From a virus (Duplodnaviria > Caudoviricetes): a stretch of DNA of 27,469 bases. The notes under the pieces are model-generated. The model did no database searches, was not told the DNA's origin, and worked only from the letters and a program-made list of their open reading frames with translations. The stretch's first letter is position 1, and each line of letters starts with the position of its first letter. Location of the stretch: the IMG/VR virus record IMGVR_UViG_3300020401_000073, positions 1 to 27,469 of that record; one strand, given 5' to 3'. This document shows, piece after piece, positions 1-7,141 of the stretch. The position numbers and the translations under genes are program-made.

Positions 1-2
1 GT

Positions 3-1934
3 GGTCAGGTCAGGTTTTACTCTTTGGGCTTGTACTTTATTCTGGTTTGATTCTCCTGATCCCTCATTATGAATGTCTTTTTCTTCGCGGATTTTTTTTT
101 TGGTCTCTTCCTTGGAAACCTCTTTTTCTGCTTCAGCAATCATTTTATTCCACTGATCAAGTGGCAATGGAGGTTCTTCCTCTTCCTTAGGCTTATAGTT
201 TTCCCAAGGCAGTGTATCTATTATTCCTTTAATATACCATTCTTTGTGACGCTTAATTGTGTCTGTAGGATTATCTCTTTTCCATAATGTTTTTTCGTCT
301 GTTAATTTTTTCTCTTTTTGTTCGTACTCTAAAAGTCTTCCTCTTTCAAAATCTGTGTATTCGCTTTGTACATCATCAGGGGCATTTTGTTCTGCATCTT
401 CTATTAGTGTACTAATTTCTTCTGCTGATGGAGTTTGTTCTGCTTCTGCTTTTTCGTTTAATGTTTTCATTGTAACTTTATCATAGTTCCAACCAGAAGA
501 CGATAAAGGTTTAGTGGACTCTTCTTCTTTGTTACCAGTTACTGCCTTTAAGTTTTTAGGCAAAGTATCTTCCCATTCTGGATTAACCACAGGGTCCATA
601 TCATATTTTTTATTGAACTCTTCGTAGCCTTCTACTTCGGAAGGATCAAAGCCATCTTGTATATCAGAACGTTGTGCCAATTGTTCTTGCATAGACTTTT
701 TATTTTCGTCCATCTGCTTTTTGATGTCACTTAATTTTAAAGTTTTAGGCTGTTCTTCTTCTGCACGTGCCTCTGCGGCAATGGCTTCTAATTTTTTAAT
801 TTCTTGTTTTTCACGTTCTTTGAATTCTTTTATTTTCGCCGCTGATAATGGTTTAGGCTTTATTGGTTCGTATGAGTCTTCAGGCTCTATTACCGGTTCA
901 ATCTTTTTTTTTGAAGGAGGAGTGTCTGGTCCGTTATTGTTTGGACTTGACTTTGGGGGCAGTTTGCCGTACTTGTCTTCGTGTCTCCACATAAAGTGAT
1001 ACTGTGACGCAATTAAAAGTAATACCGCCAATGGATCAAACACAAATATAATAGTAATGATTACCCATCTTACTGCTTCTTCAAGTAGGTTTCTGTCTGC
1101 TTCTTCTCCGTATATAAATTCTGCAATGTATCTAATTGGACCAACTTCCGACTCCAGTTTCATTACGTCACCTTTTAATGGTTCAATCTCTAAAATATAT
1201 CCATCAATTCTGTTGTTGGCGTTCATTATATTCTTTTCGACATCTGCTATTTGAACATCAATTTTGTCCAAGGACTGATCATTTTTTGAACGTATTTGGT
1301 CTATTTTTTCTTGTGCTTTTTCTATCTGTTTGAGTAATGCGGCACGTTCAGGTGCTTGTTTTTCTTTCAAAGCAAGACCTTGTTTGACTCTACCTGTACC
1401 ACCCCAACCTTTGTTGTTGGATGTAAATGCTTCAACATCTTTGTCAAGTACTTCAAGACGTGCATAAGCATCATCAATTTTCTTTTGCTCTATGGCAATA
1501 TCTTTATCAAATCTATTATTGCTATTTTTATCTTTACTTTGAATCCTGTCGATAGTTTCATTCTGTCTTTCAATATACTTTTCTTCTGCAAGTATCTTGT
1601 TTTCTAAAATCTCTATTCTTTGTGTAACTGTGTCGCTGGCTAAATTTTGTTCAATATGTGCTTTGGAAAGGAATCCAAAGATACCCATACTGGTAATAAA
1701 CATTAAAACAATGACTGCTATGCTCAAATACCCTTTAAGCCACCATTTGGCTCGCTTCCAATTACGGTGAAGCCACAGTGCAGTGACTAATTTTCCTATT
1801 TCAAGTGAAGTACCCATTATTATAATAGGCACAGCCGCGGCGGCAAAGATAGCCACTAAACCTGCTACCGAGTAATAAATCGCTACGCCTGATATAGTCA
1901 GGGCCGTGAATAATACTAACAGTCCGAAAATCAT
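3..1934 (-). CDS. Large membrane-anchored coiled-coil phage protein, truncated by the window edge (at least 644 codons)
   Basis: Absent from the ORF track because it has no stop in the window. Translated by hand from ATG at 1934: MIFGLLVLFTALTISGVAIYYSVAGL (N-terminal TM segments), coiled coil, EVGPIRYIAEFIYG...FVFDPLAVLLLIA (TM), then a Pro/Glu/Lys-rich tail open to position 3. TAAATA motif at 1946-1951 upstream. Confidence 0.85.
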   Translation of the reverse strand, partial: MIFGLLVLFTALTISGVAIYYSVAGLVAIFAAAAVPIIIMGTSLEIGKLVTALWLHRNWKRAKWWLKGYLSIAVIVLMFITSMGIFGFLSKAHIEQNLASDTVTQRIEILENKILAEEKYIERQNETIDRIQSKDKNSNNRFDKDIAIEQKKIDDAYARLEVLDKDVEAFTSNNKGWGGTGRVKQGLALKEKQAPERAALLKQIEKAQEKIDQIRSKNDQSLDKIDVQIADVEKNIMNANNRIDGYILEIEPLKGDVMKLESEVGPIRYIAEFIYGEEADRNLLEEAVRWVIITIIFVFDPLAVLLLIASQYHFMWRHEDKYGKLPPKSSPNNNGPDTPPSKKKIEPVIEPEDSYEPIKPKPLSAAKIKEFKEREKQEIKKLEAIAAEARAEEEQPKTLKLSDIKKQMDENKKSMQEQLAQRSDIQDGFDPSEVEGYEEFNKKYDMDPVVNPEWEDTLPKNLKAVTGNKEEESTKPLSSSGWNYDKVTMKTLNEKAEAEQTPSAEEISTLIEDAEQNAPDDVQSEYTDFERGRLLEYEQKEKKLTDEKTLWKRDNPTDTIKRHKEWYIKGIIDTLPWENYKPKEEEEPPLPLDQWNKMIAEAEKEVSKEETKKKIREEKDIHNEGSGESNQNKVQAQRVKPDLT

Positions 1935-1948
1935 AATACTGCTAATAT

Positions 1949-2374
1949 TTATCTAATAAAACGCCAACCGTAGTAAGCCAGATCCTTACAAGCAGTCTCT
2001 TTGTAGAACCTAGATTTGTCCTTTTTTCCTATTTCGCTGAATAAAATCCTGCAATAACCTGTTCCTGTAGGAAAACTTGCAACAACTTTCACTGCTCCCC
2101 AACTCTCTTTTTCTTCATTGTACCATTTAGCAACCTTGCCCTCATCTAGGTTATTAAGTACATAGAAAACTGTGTCTCGTTGTTTTTCTTTATCTTCCTT
2201 GCTTAAACTATATCTTTTAGAAAGTGTATAGTTGTACAGAATATTTGCTGAACTATTAACATTTGTATAATGTTGATTAACACTTTTGTACGATCCAGAA
2301 TCGTTTACGTTATGTTTATTACTTGCACAATTGGTTAATAATAAACTAATTAATCCTAGGATGAACAATCTCAT
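1949..2374 (-). CDS. Lipoprotein with a 17-kDa surface antigen (RT0821/Lpp0805-like) domain
   Basis: Likely start ATG 2374 gives MRLFILGLISLLLTNC (lipobox). The C-terminal WYN..G.VKV....G.YCR...TAC....W pattern is typical of this domain. Confidence 0.65.
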   Translation of the reverse strand: MRLFILGLISLLLTNCASNKHNVNDSGSYKSVNQHYTNVNSSANILYNYTLSKRYSLSKEDKEKQRDTVFYVLNNLDEGKVAKWYNEEKESWGAVKVVASFPTGTGYCRILFSEIGKKDKSRFYKETACKDLAYYGWRFIR

Positions 2375-2681
2375 AACTGCCGTCGAGTTTTTCACAAACA
2401 TATCCCTTCTTCTTCATTAAGTAACCTTTAAGGTTGATATGATAATAATATTCTCTACATTCTTTGGCTATACCACTATACGCCAAGAAGTCTTTAACAC
2501 TATCATCACAAACCAACACTTCGGTGGTTTTGCTGTCTATTACCGTACCATTACCGTCAACTACTTTAACTGTTTCTGTTTTTAGATTGCAGTATTGCTC
2601 ACTCCAAGGACCGCCTGCCATTACACTGGAAGTCCACAAAACAGATACCAATAGCACGATTGCGATAATCAAGTACCTCAT
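2346..2681 (-). CDS. Secreted Cys-containing hypothetical protein
   Basis: Signal-peptide-like N-terminus (MRYLIIAIVLLVSVLWTSSVMA), four Cys, tightly packed in the operon. Confidence 0.75.
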   Translation of the reverse strand: MRYLIIAIVLLVSVLWTSSVMAGGPWSEQYCNLKTETVKVVDGNGTVIDSKTTEVLVCDDSVKDFLAYSGIAKECREYYYHINLKGYLMKKKGYVCEKLDGSYEIVHPRIN

Positions 2682-2687
2682 TGGATT

Positions 2688-3257
2688 CTAGTCCTTTGAA
2701 ATATCTTTGATATCTGTTTTGATGTTTGAAGCCTGCTCGATTGCTTTGTCATTGTTGTATGACTTGATTAAATCTAATACATCTTTTTTAGAAAGTTTAA
2801 TCAAAACAAACGACCTGTAGTTGTTCAGGCTAGAGTTATAAACAGTCATTTTCTTTTGAACTGAATATGTTCTCAATAGAGTCGAACTGATATCATTAAC
2901 TATGACATCTTGTGCCTCTAATATACCAGTCATGCTTTCTGCAGAACCTTTTTCAGTATATTCAATGAAAGTTTTATTGTTCATTTCTCCATTGATCCTA
3001 TCAGCAATTTTAGCCTTTGCCTTTAATGTAGACTTCTTCAAACTCATCTCCATGTCTGGCGATACTGCTACTGCAACTGCATAATAGAAACCTTTTCTAA
3101 AAATGACGCCTTCCTTGCCTGTATCTTTATGCTTCAAGTACCACTTAGGTACTGATCTATCTTTGTTTTCTAAGGGCAACTTCACCATTGTGTTAGAACA
3201 CGCCGTAAGAACGAATCCTAAAAGTGCTATTGCTCCATATTTCAAAATGTTTTTCAT
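2688..3257 (-). CDS. Lipoprotein, LPP20-like
   Basis: Lipobox LTAC, VPKWY motif, YAVAVAVS..MEMS..K..LKAK..IA helix pattern, SD AGGAGG. Confidence 0.7.
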   Translation of the reverse strand: MKNILKYGAIALLGFVLTACSNTMVKLPLENKDRSVPKWYLKHKDTGKEGVIFRKGFYYAVAVAVSPDMEMSLKKSTLKAKAKIADRINGEMNNKTFIEYTEKGSAESMTGILEAQDVIVNDISSTLLRTYSVQKKMTVYNSSLNNYRSFVLIKLSKKDVLDLIKSYNNDKAIEQASNIKTDIKDISKD

Positions 3258-3278
3258 TTTGCCTCCTTGTATGTGCTT

Positions 3279-3307
3279 ATTATAATAGAAACTGCCAAAA
3301 TAGTCAA
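3279..3307 (-). promoter_or_regulatory. Sigma70-type early promoter
   Basis: TTGACT-17 nt-TATAAT upstream of 3257. Confidence 0.8.
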
Positions 3308-3371
3308 GTTTAATGTACCAAAAGAAAATGGCGGAAACATTGGACTTTTGAGACTGATGTTACCAAAATAA

Positions 3372-3881
3372 TTACTTTTTAACAAGATATTCAAAGTTTT
3401 GGGTAGTTTCGTTCTTTTGAATTAATTTTGCACCGTTTCTTAAATGGAATTTAGCCGCCATGTCAGTTAATGGAGACAGTGTTACCAATCTATTCAAATG
3501 GTTGGATTGTTTGATCATTTTGAATACTTCGTCCACAATCATTTTTCCACCGCCTTTTTGTAAACTCCAGACTGTGTACGCAATGGCAATACTACCTTGC
3601 ACTCCTGCCCTATGTGTGGCTTGTAGATATGCATCTTTGGAAAGTTCGTCTAATTCTTCTACAGTTTTTGGTACATCATTTGTGAATGCAAAACACATCA
3701 CAGCCTTGATTTGGTCATCGTGTTTTAGACCATAAATTTTTCTTCCATAAGATGTTCTGAATTTTATATCCAGTTCTGGTCTGACTGGGTCCTTAGAAAC
3801 ATCAACGTCATCAAGTTCAACCAGTTCTGCTTTTTTTAACCAATCAAAGTTAAGCCACTGTTTAATCTTTTTTATCGTCAT
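3372..3881 (-). CDS. Hypothetical GNAT-fold protein resembling the malonyl-CoA decarboxylase catalytic domain
   Basis: AFTNDVP..V.EL, AIAYTVWS.QKGGG..IV and LVTLSP parallel the MCD motifs. C-terminal AAKFHLRNG resembles GNAT motif B. Confidence 0.5.
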   Translation of the reverse strand: MTIKKIKQWLNFDWLKKAELVELDDVDVSKDPVRPELDIKFRTSYGRKIYGLKHDDQIKAVMCFAFTNDVPKTVEELDELSKDAYLQATHRAGVQGSIAIAYTVWSLQKGGGKMIVDEVFKMIKQSNHLNRLVTLSPLTDMAAKFHLRNGAKLIQKNETTQNFEYLVKK

Positions 3882-3972
3882 CGTACTGCCTCACTTTTAA
3901 TAATATATACAATACAACCACACTAACAACACTACCAAATACAAAAAATCCTATTCCTGTTGCTACGTCCAT
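3862..3972 (-). CDS. Small single-TM protein (36 aa)
   Basis: Below the ORF-track cutoff: MDVATGIGFFVFGSVVSVVVLYILLKVRQYDDDKKD, SD GGAG, fills the gap between neighbours. Confidence 0.7.
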   Translation of the reverse strand: MDVATGIGFFVFGSVVSVVVLYILLKVRQYDDDKKD

Positions 3973-4220
3973 TTTGCTCCTTTATATTTTTCATTGCCTT
4001 GATGCCAACCCACGTCCTCAATGTTTGGGCTATGGCATCTTGGACAACACCACCATTCTTCTAGTGTTTCGTCTTGATCCAGGTCTTGAGCAACGCCTCT
4101 CCATTTGCAATCCCAACAAACGAAGTTCCATAACTCTTCTAAATCTCTACCTGAGTCTCCGGAATCGTTATTCCTTTGTCCTGTAACCATTGTATCATTA
4201 ACTCCATTAAATCGTTCCAA
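3963..4220 (-). CDS. Small zinc-ribbon protein (start uncertain)
   Basis: CWDC...CPRC pairs. The N-terminal part overlaps the upstream gene, so the true start is probably downstream (for example the MVTG Met). Confidence 0.65.
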   Translation of the reverse strand: MERFNGVNDTMVTGQRNNDSGDSGRDLEELWNFVCWDCKWRGVAQDLDQDETLEEWWCCPRCHSPNIEDVGWHQGNEKYKGAKWT

Positions 4221-4324
4221 TCAGCATACAAGTCATTAATCATTAATTGTTGCTGAAAGATTACGTAACTTAAAACTATTATTGCGAGACCACAAACTAG
4301 TATTGCTATTTTTAACAGGTTCAC
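4139..4324 (-). CDS. Small membrane-anchored protein
   Basis: GTG start overlapping the upstream TGA. N-terminal hydrophobic helix followed by an amphipathic helix. Confidence 0.65.
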   Translation of the reverse strand: MNLLKIAILVCGLAIIVLSYVIFQQQLMINDLYADWNDLMELMIQWLQDKGITIPETQVEI

Positions 4325-4704
4325 TTGTTACCTTTCATCAGTGTAATTTCTGTTGCGGCTTTTCTGCCTGACTCATCGTCATCATCTGCAAACACAGGAA
4401 CCTGATTGCTTTTGTGCATTGTTGCTATGCCAATCAATTTTCTTTTTCCTGTATATCTCATTTCTGCTTTTTTACTGCCTACGCCTTTTTCCATTACCGG
4501 AACCTTGTCACCCATAGGAACTCCTGTACGTTCTTCAATTGGTTCTATTACAAGCGGTTCAGAAGATTTTTTTCTAGGCTTAATTTTATCCAGTCCTCGT
4601 TCCTTTAACCATTCTCTGTAATCTGCTCTTGCTTTACGCAAAGACTGTGTGTTAGGTAATTTACGTTTCATAATCTTTCTAACTGGTGTTTGTATAAATC
4701 CCAT
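4321..4704 (-). CDS. Conserved phage hypothetical protein
   Basis: YTG..LIGIATMHKSN.VPVF motif recalled from large myovirus hypotheticals. Has its own promoter. Confidence 0.75.
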   Translation of the reverse strand: MGFIQTPVRKIMKRKLPNTQSLRKARADYREWLKERGLDKIKPRKKSSEPLVIEPIEERTGVPMGDKVPVMEKGVGSKKAEMRYTGKRKLIGIATMHKSNQVPVFADDDDESGRKAATEITLMKGNK

Positions 4705-4710
4705 GTTATT

Positions 4711-4739
4711 ATACTACATTAATTATGTCGGATTGTCAA
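4711..4739 (-). promoter_or_regulatory. Sigma70-type promoter, probably leaderless transcript
   Basis: TTGACA-17-TAGTAT with only 6 nt before ATG 4704. Confidence 0.7.
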
Positions 4740-4740
4740 A

Positions 4741-5436
4741 TTAGTTTTTGGTTTGAAGTGTTTTAATTTTGTCCAATATTATGATTGAATATTGGTCATT
4801 AGTACTCCAAGCCTTTAATCCATTTACCAAAGTGGTGTAATTTATATTACCCGAATCTAATTGCTTGGATCTTTCTATTCTAAATTCTTCATATGCAGGA
4901 TGTCTATTCAGTATGTCTATCACATCTGCTACACTTTGACATTTTGATTTGTACTTTTTAACTCCAAATTTGGCATTAGGTATTGCTAACGGTTTCATGT
5001 GTGCAACATTTTTTAAGTCCCAAGTTCTTACACCAAATAAAGCATTACCTTCTGTTGCGAATCTACTTGTTCCATATGCACTTTCAATAATAGCCATTGC
5101 AACTAAAATATCTCTCGGAATCCTTTGGTCAGAAGCAGTAGTCCAATTCAAGTAATCTATGCACTTGTTCATTGACGTAACAAATTCAGCATTATTTTTA
5201 AATGTAAAATCAGGTTCATGCAAACCAAATTCTTTTGCAAGTTCAACCATCTTTTTATCTTCTTCTTGTTGAATACTTTTTACTACCCAAGGATTAGGTT
5301 TAAATGTACCAAAACCATATGCTCCTATAACAACCAAAGCCGCTATTAAAATCTTAATTAATATGGCTTTTACTTTACTGCCAGTAGATGGCTTTTGTTT
5401 AGAAGCATCAATTATTTTAGACTGTAACCTTCCCAT
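4741..5436 (-). CDS. GH73 glucosaminidase (Bax/FlgJ-like peptidoglycan hydrolase) with N-terminal TM anchor
   Basis: AMAIIESAYGTSRFA.EGNALFGVR, KKY.S...SV..YI-like segment, LNRHPAY..FR, WST...Y motifs. Confidence 0.85.
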   Translation of the reverse strand: MGRLQSKIIDASKQKPSTGSKVKAILIKILIAALVVIGAYGFGTFKPNPWVVKSIQQEEDKKMVELAKEFGLHEPDFTFKNNAEFVTSMNKCIDYLNWTTASDQRIPRDILVAMAIIESAYGTSRFATEGNALFGVRTWDLKNVAHMKPLAIPNAKFGVKKYKSKCQSVADVIDILNRHPAYEEFRIERSKQLDSGNINYTTLVNGLKAWSTNDQYSIIILDKIKTLQTKN

Positions 5437-5445
5437 AGTAACTTT

Positions 5446-5474
5446 ATTTTACATTATTTGGGGGATTAAATCAA
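5446..5474 (-). promoter_or_regulatory. Sigma70-type promoter
   Basis: TTGATT-17-TAAAAT, 9 nt before ATG 5436. Confidence 0.6.
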
Positions 5475-5503
5475 GAGCAAATTTACCGCTATTTTATTGA
5501 CTT

Positions 5504-5710
5504 TTATACGTTATTTTTGTCTTGTTCACAGTCAAAATGCGAGTTTTCAATGTGGTAACCGTACTCTTTAAATGTAGTGGTTACGTCTTTGTGCTTAACA
5601 GAAGCATTAGCCATACATTCACTTTTTGTTTTGTAATAAACAAGGGGGTCTTGTTCCATAATTACACATGGATTTCCTAAGACACAAACTATAACTATTA
5701 ACTTCCACAT
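5504..5710 (-). CDS. Small Cys-containing hypothetical protein
   Basis: MWKLIVIVC....C...Y.T..EC...C pattern, in series with neighbours. Confidence 0.7.
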   Translation of the reverse strand: MWKLIVIVCVLGNPCVIMEQDPLVYYKTKSECMANASVKHKDVTTTFKEYGYHIENSHFDCEQDKNNV

Positions 5711-5713
5711 ACT

Positions 5714-5965
5714 TTATTTAAGTTCTTTTTTAGCAACGTCATACCAATATATTCCGCTTTCACGCAGTTTATCATTATCTGTTCTCAGTTGCTCCATTCT
5801 TTTCTTTATAAGTTTCCACTGGTAATCCGAGATCACCTTGTTTTTATTTTGAAACTTTTCTATTCTTACCAGCACATCGTCTATGGTAGGACAAGTGTAA
5901 TCTGGAACTTTAGGTGCCTTCTGTTTCAGCCTGGCCCAGTAAGACTTTTGTTTTACTGTACGCAT
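5714..5965 (-). CDS. Phage hypothetical protein
   Basis: SD AGGAG, APKVPD.TCP.ID and MEQLR.DN.KLRESG.YWY motifs. Confidence 0.75.
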   Translation of the reverse strand: MRTVKQKSYWARLKQKAPKVPDYTCPTIDDVLVRIEKFQNKNKVISDYQWKLIKKRMEQLRTDNDKLRESGIYWYDVAKKELK

Positions 5966-6050
5966 ATTACATCTCCTACCAATTATTTAGATTAATACAG
6001 GTAAAAGATAAAACATTATATTGCAATAATAAGATTACTAAAAGATAATA

Positions 6051-6074
6051 GTGTGGGAGCCGAAACTCCCACAC
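6051..6074 (-). terminator. Hairpin terminator at the tmRNA 3' end
   Basis: GTGTGGGAG-TTTCGG-CTCCCACAC followed by a T-rich tract on the minus strand. Confidence 0.75.
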
Positions 6075-6380
6075 ATGACTACTTCTGTTGCCCGGCTAGT
6101 CTTCTCCGCCAAGTGGCCGATTATTAGGCGGCAACCAATTCCGCATCAGCGAATGTGCTGACTGGAACTGTCACTTCTGGTTTAAATGCTTTTGCATTTA
6201 TAAGTTTGATCAATAACGCAATCACCCGGTAAACTCCACGTGTCTTTATACAACTAGTCGAACCTATATCACCCCCGTAAAGCACACACCAGAATGTGTT
6301 TTGCGTGAACGATTTGGTGGAGGTGGTCGGTACTGCCCCGACGTCCTAAATGTTTATTCCACACACTTCAACGTCTACAG
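6051..6380 (-). ncRNA. ssrA: Circularly permuted (two-piece) tmRNA
   Basis: Acceptor piece first: T-arm GTCGG-GGCAGTA-CCGAC, then CACCTCC-A-CCA ending at 6315. Then a 38-nt intervening segment, then the coding piece starting GGGGGTG at 6276 (G3:U70 Ala identity pair). Tag frame 6195-6121 = AKAFKPEVTVPVSTFADAELVAA, TAA TAA. Outer ends approximate. Confidence 0.93.
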
Positions 6381-6382
6381 TG

Positions 6383-6412
6383 TATTTAAACTGATTTAGG
6401 TTGAAATGTCAA
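6383..6412 (-). promoter_or_regulatory. tmRNA promoter (TTGACA with overlapping TTAAAT/TAAATA)
   Basis: TTGACA at 6412-6407, 17 nt, TTAAAT, overlapping a late-type TAAATA at 6388-6383. Confidence 0.55.
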
Positions 6413-6413
6413 G

Positions 6414-6611
6414 TTATTTGATTTTGACTGGAGACCAACGACCATCTGCATTTCTGATCTTGTCAGAATGTCTAACTTCCACAGTGAACACCTTTGCATC
6501 TTTAAAATTTTTACCATGAGCGAAAGTAAATTCATGTCCGTGTTTGGTTGCTGATTTCCAATAGTGTTGAAAATCCGATATTACTATTTTGTTTTTATTT
6601 GTTTTAATCAT
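6414..6611 (-). CDS. Small basic hypothetical protein
   Basis: 65-aa ORF with an upstream TTGACA-17-TTTAAT promoter (6652-6624). Confidence 0.7.
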   Translation of the reverse strand: MIKTNKNKIVISDFQHYWKSATKHGHEFTFAHGKNFKDAKVFTVEVRHSDKIRNADGRWSPVKIK

Positions 6612-6665
6612 AACGATACTATCATTAAAACATACTTTTTCAGAAATGTCAATGGGAGATTTGGC

Positions 6666-6890
6666 TTACTTGTTGCCGTTTACTTCTATGAGTTTAAGAT
6701 TTGATGCTACTTCTCTACCTCTGAATTCCACCAATTCATAAGATATAGCCTGACCATCTGTGAGCTCTTTTAGGTTAGATGCCTTGAGCGCCGACACATG
6801 AACAAACACATCCTTGCCTCCATTGTCTGGAGTGATGAAACCAAACCCTTTAGCAGAGTTGTACCATTTAATTTTTCCTGTACTTTCCAT
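6666..6890 (-). CDS. csp: Cold-shock domain protein
   Basis: GKIKWYNSAKGFGFI (RNP1) and DVFVHVSAL (RNP2). Confidence 0.95.
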   Translation of the reverse strand: MESTGKIKWYNSAKGFGFITPDNGGKDVFVHVSALKASNLKELTDGQAISYELVEFRGREVASNLKLIEVNGNK

Positions 6891-6930
6891 ATGTCAATAT
6901 TTATTAAATTTTTATTATTTTGGGGGAAAT

Positions 6931-6954
6931 CAAAGGGTGCCGAAACACCCTTTG
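6931..6954 (-). terminator. Hairpin terminator or stabilizing hairpin
   Basis: CAAAGGGTG-TTTCGG-CACCCTTTG immediately after the Hc1-like gene. Confidence 0.7.
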
Positions 6955-6964
6955 AGTTTTAAAA

Positions 6965-7141
6965 TTACATTGAGTTTTTCTTCTCTTGTATTTCTTTTCT
7001 TCTTACTTTTGTCGCTTTGCCTAATAAGCCTAATGCTTTTCTGGCTCTAGCCGCCGCGGCTTTTACACCTTTTGTTTCGAATGCTTCTGACTCTGAGATG
7101 TAAGCCTCGTAGGCTTGTTTGATTTCGTCATGTGTTGCCAT
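6965..7141 (-). CDS. Histone H1-like (Hc1 family) protein, 58 aa
   Basis: Missed by the ORF track: MATHDEIKQAYEAYISESEAFETKGVKAAAARARKALGLLGKATKVRRKEIQEKKNSM. G.KAA..RARKAL motif, SD GGAG. Confidence 0.85.
   Translation of the reverse strand: MATHDEIKQAYEAYISESEAFETKGVKAAAARARKALGLLGKATKVRRKEIQEKKNSM

Noticed and set aside
6315-6350. Apparent tRNA-Ala 3' half
   Set aside because: There is no anticodon arm, and its 5' partner lies downstream with a tag ORF, so it is part of the permuted tmRNA.
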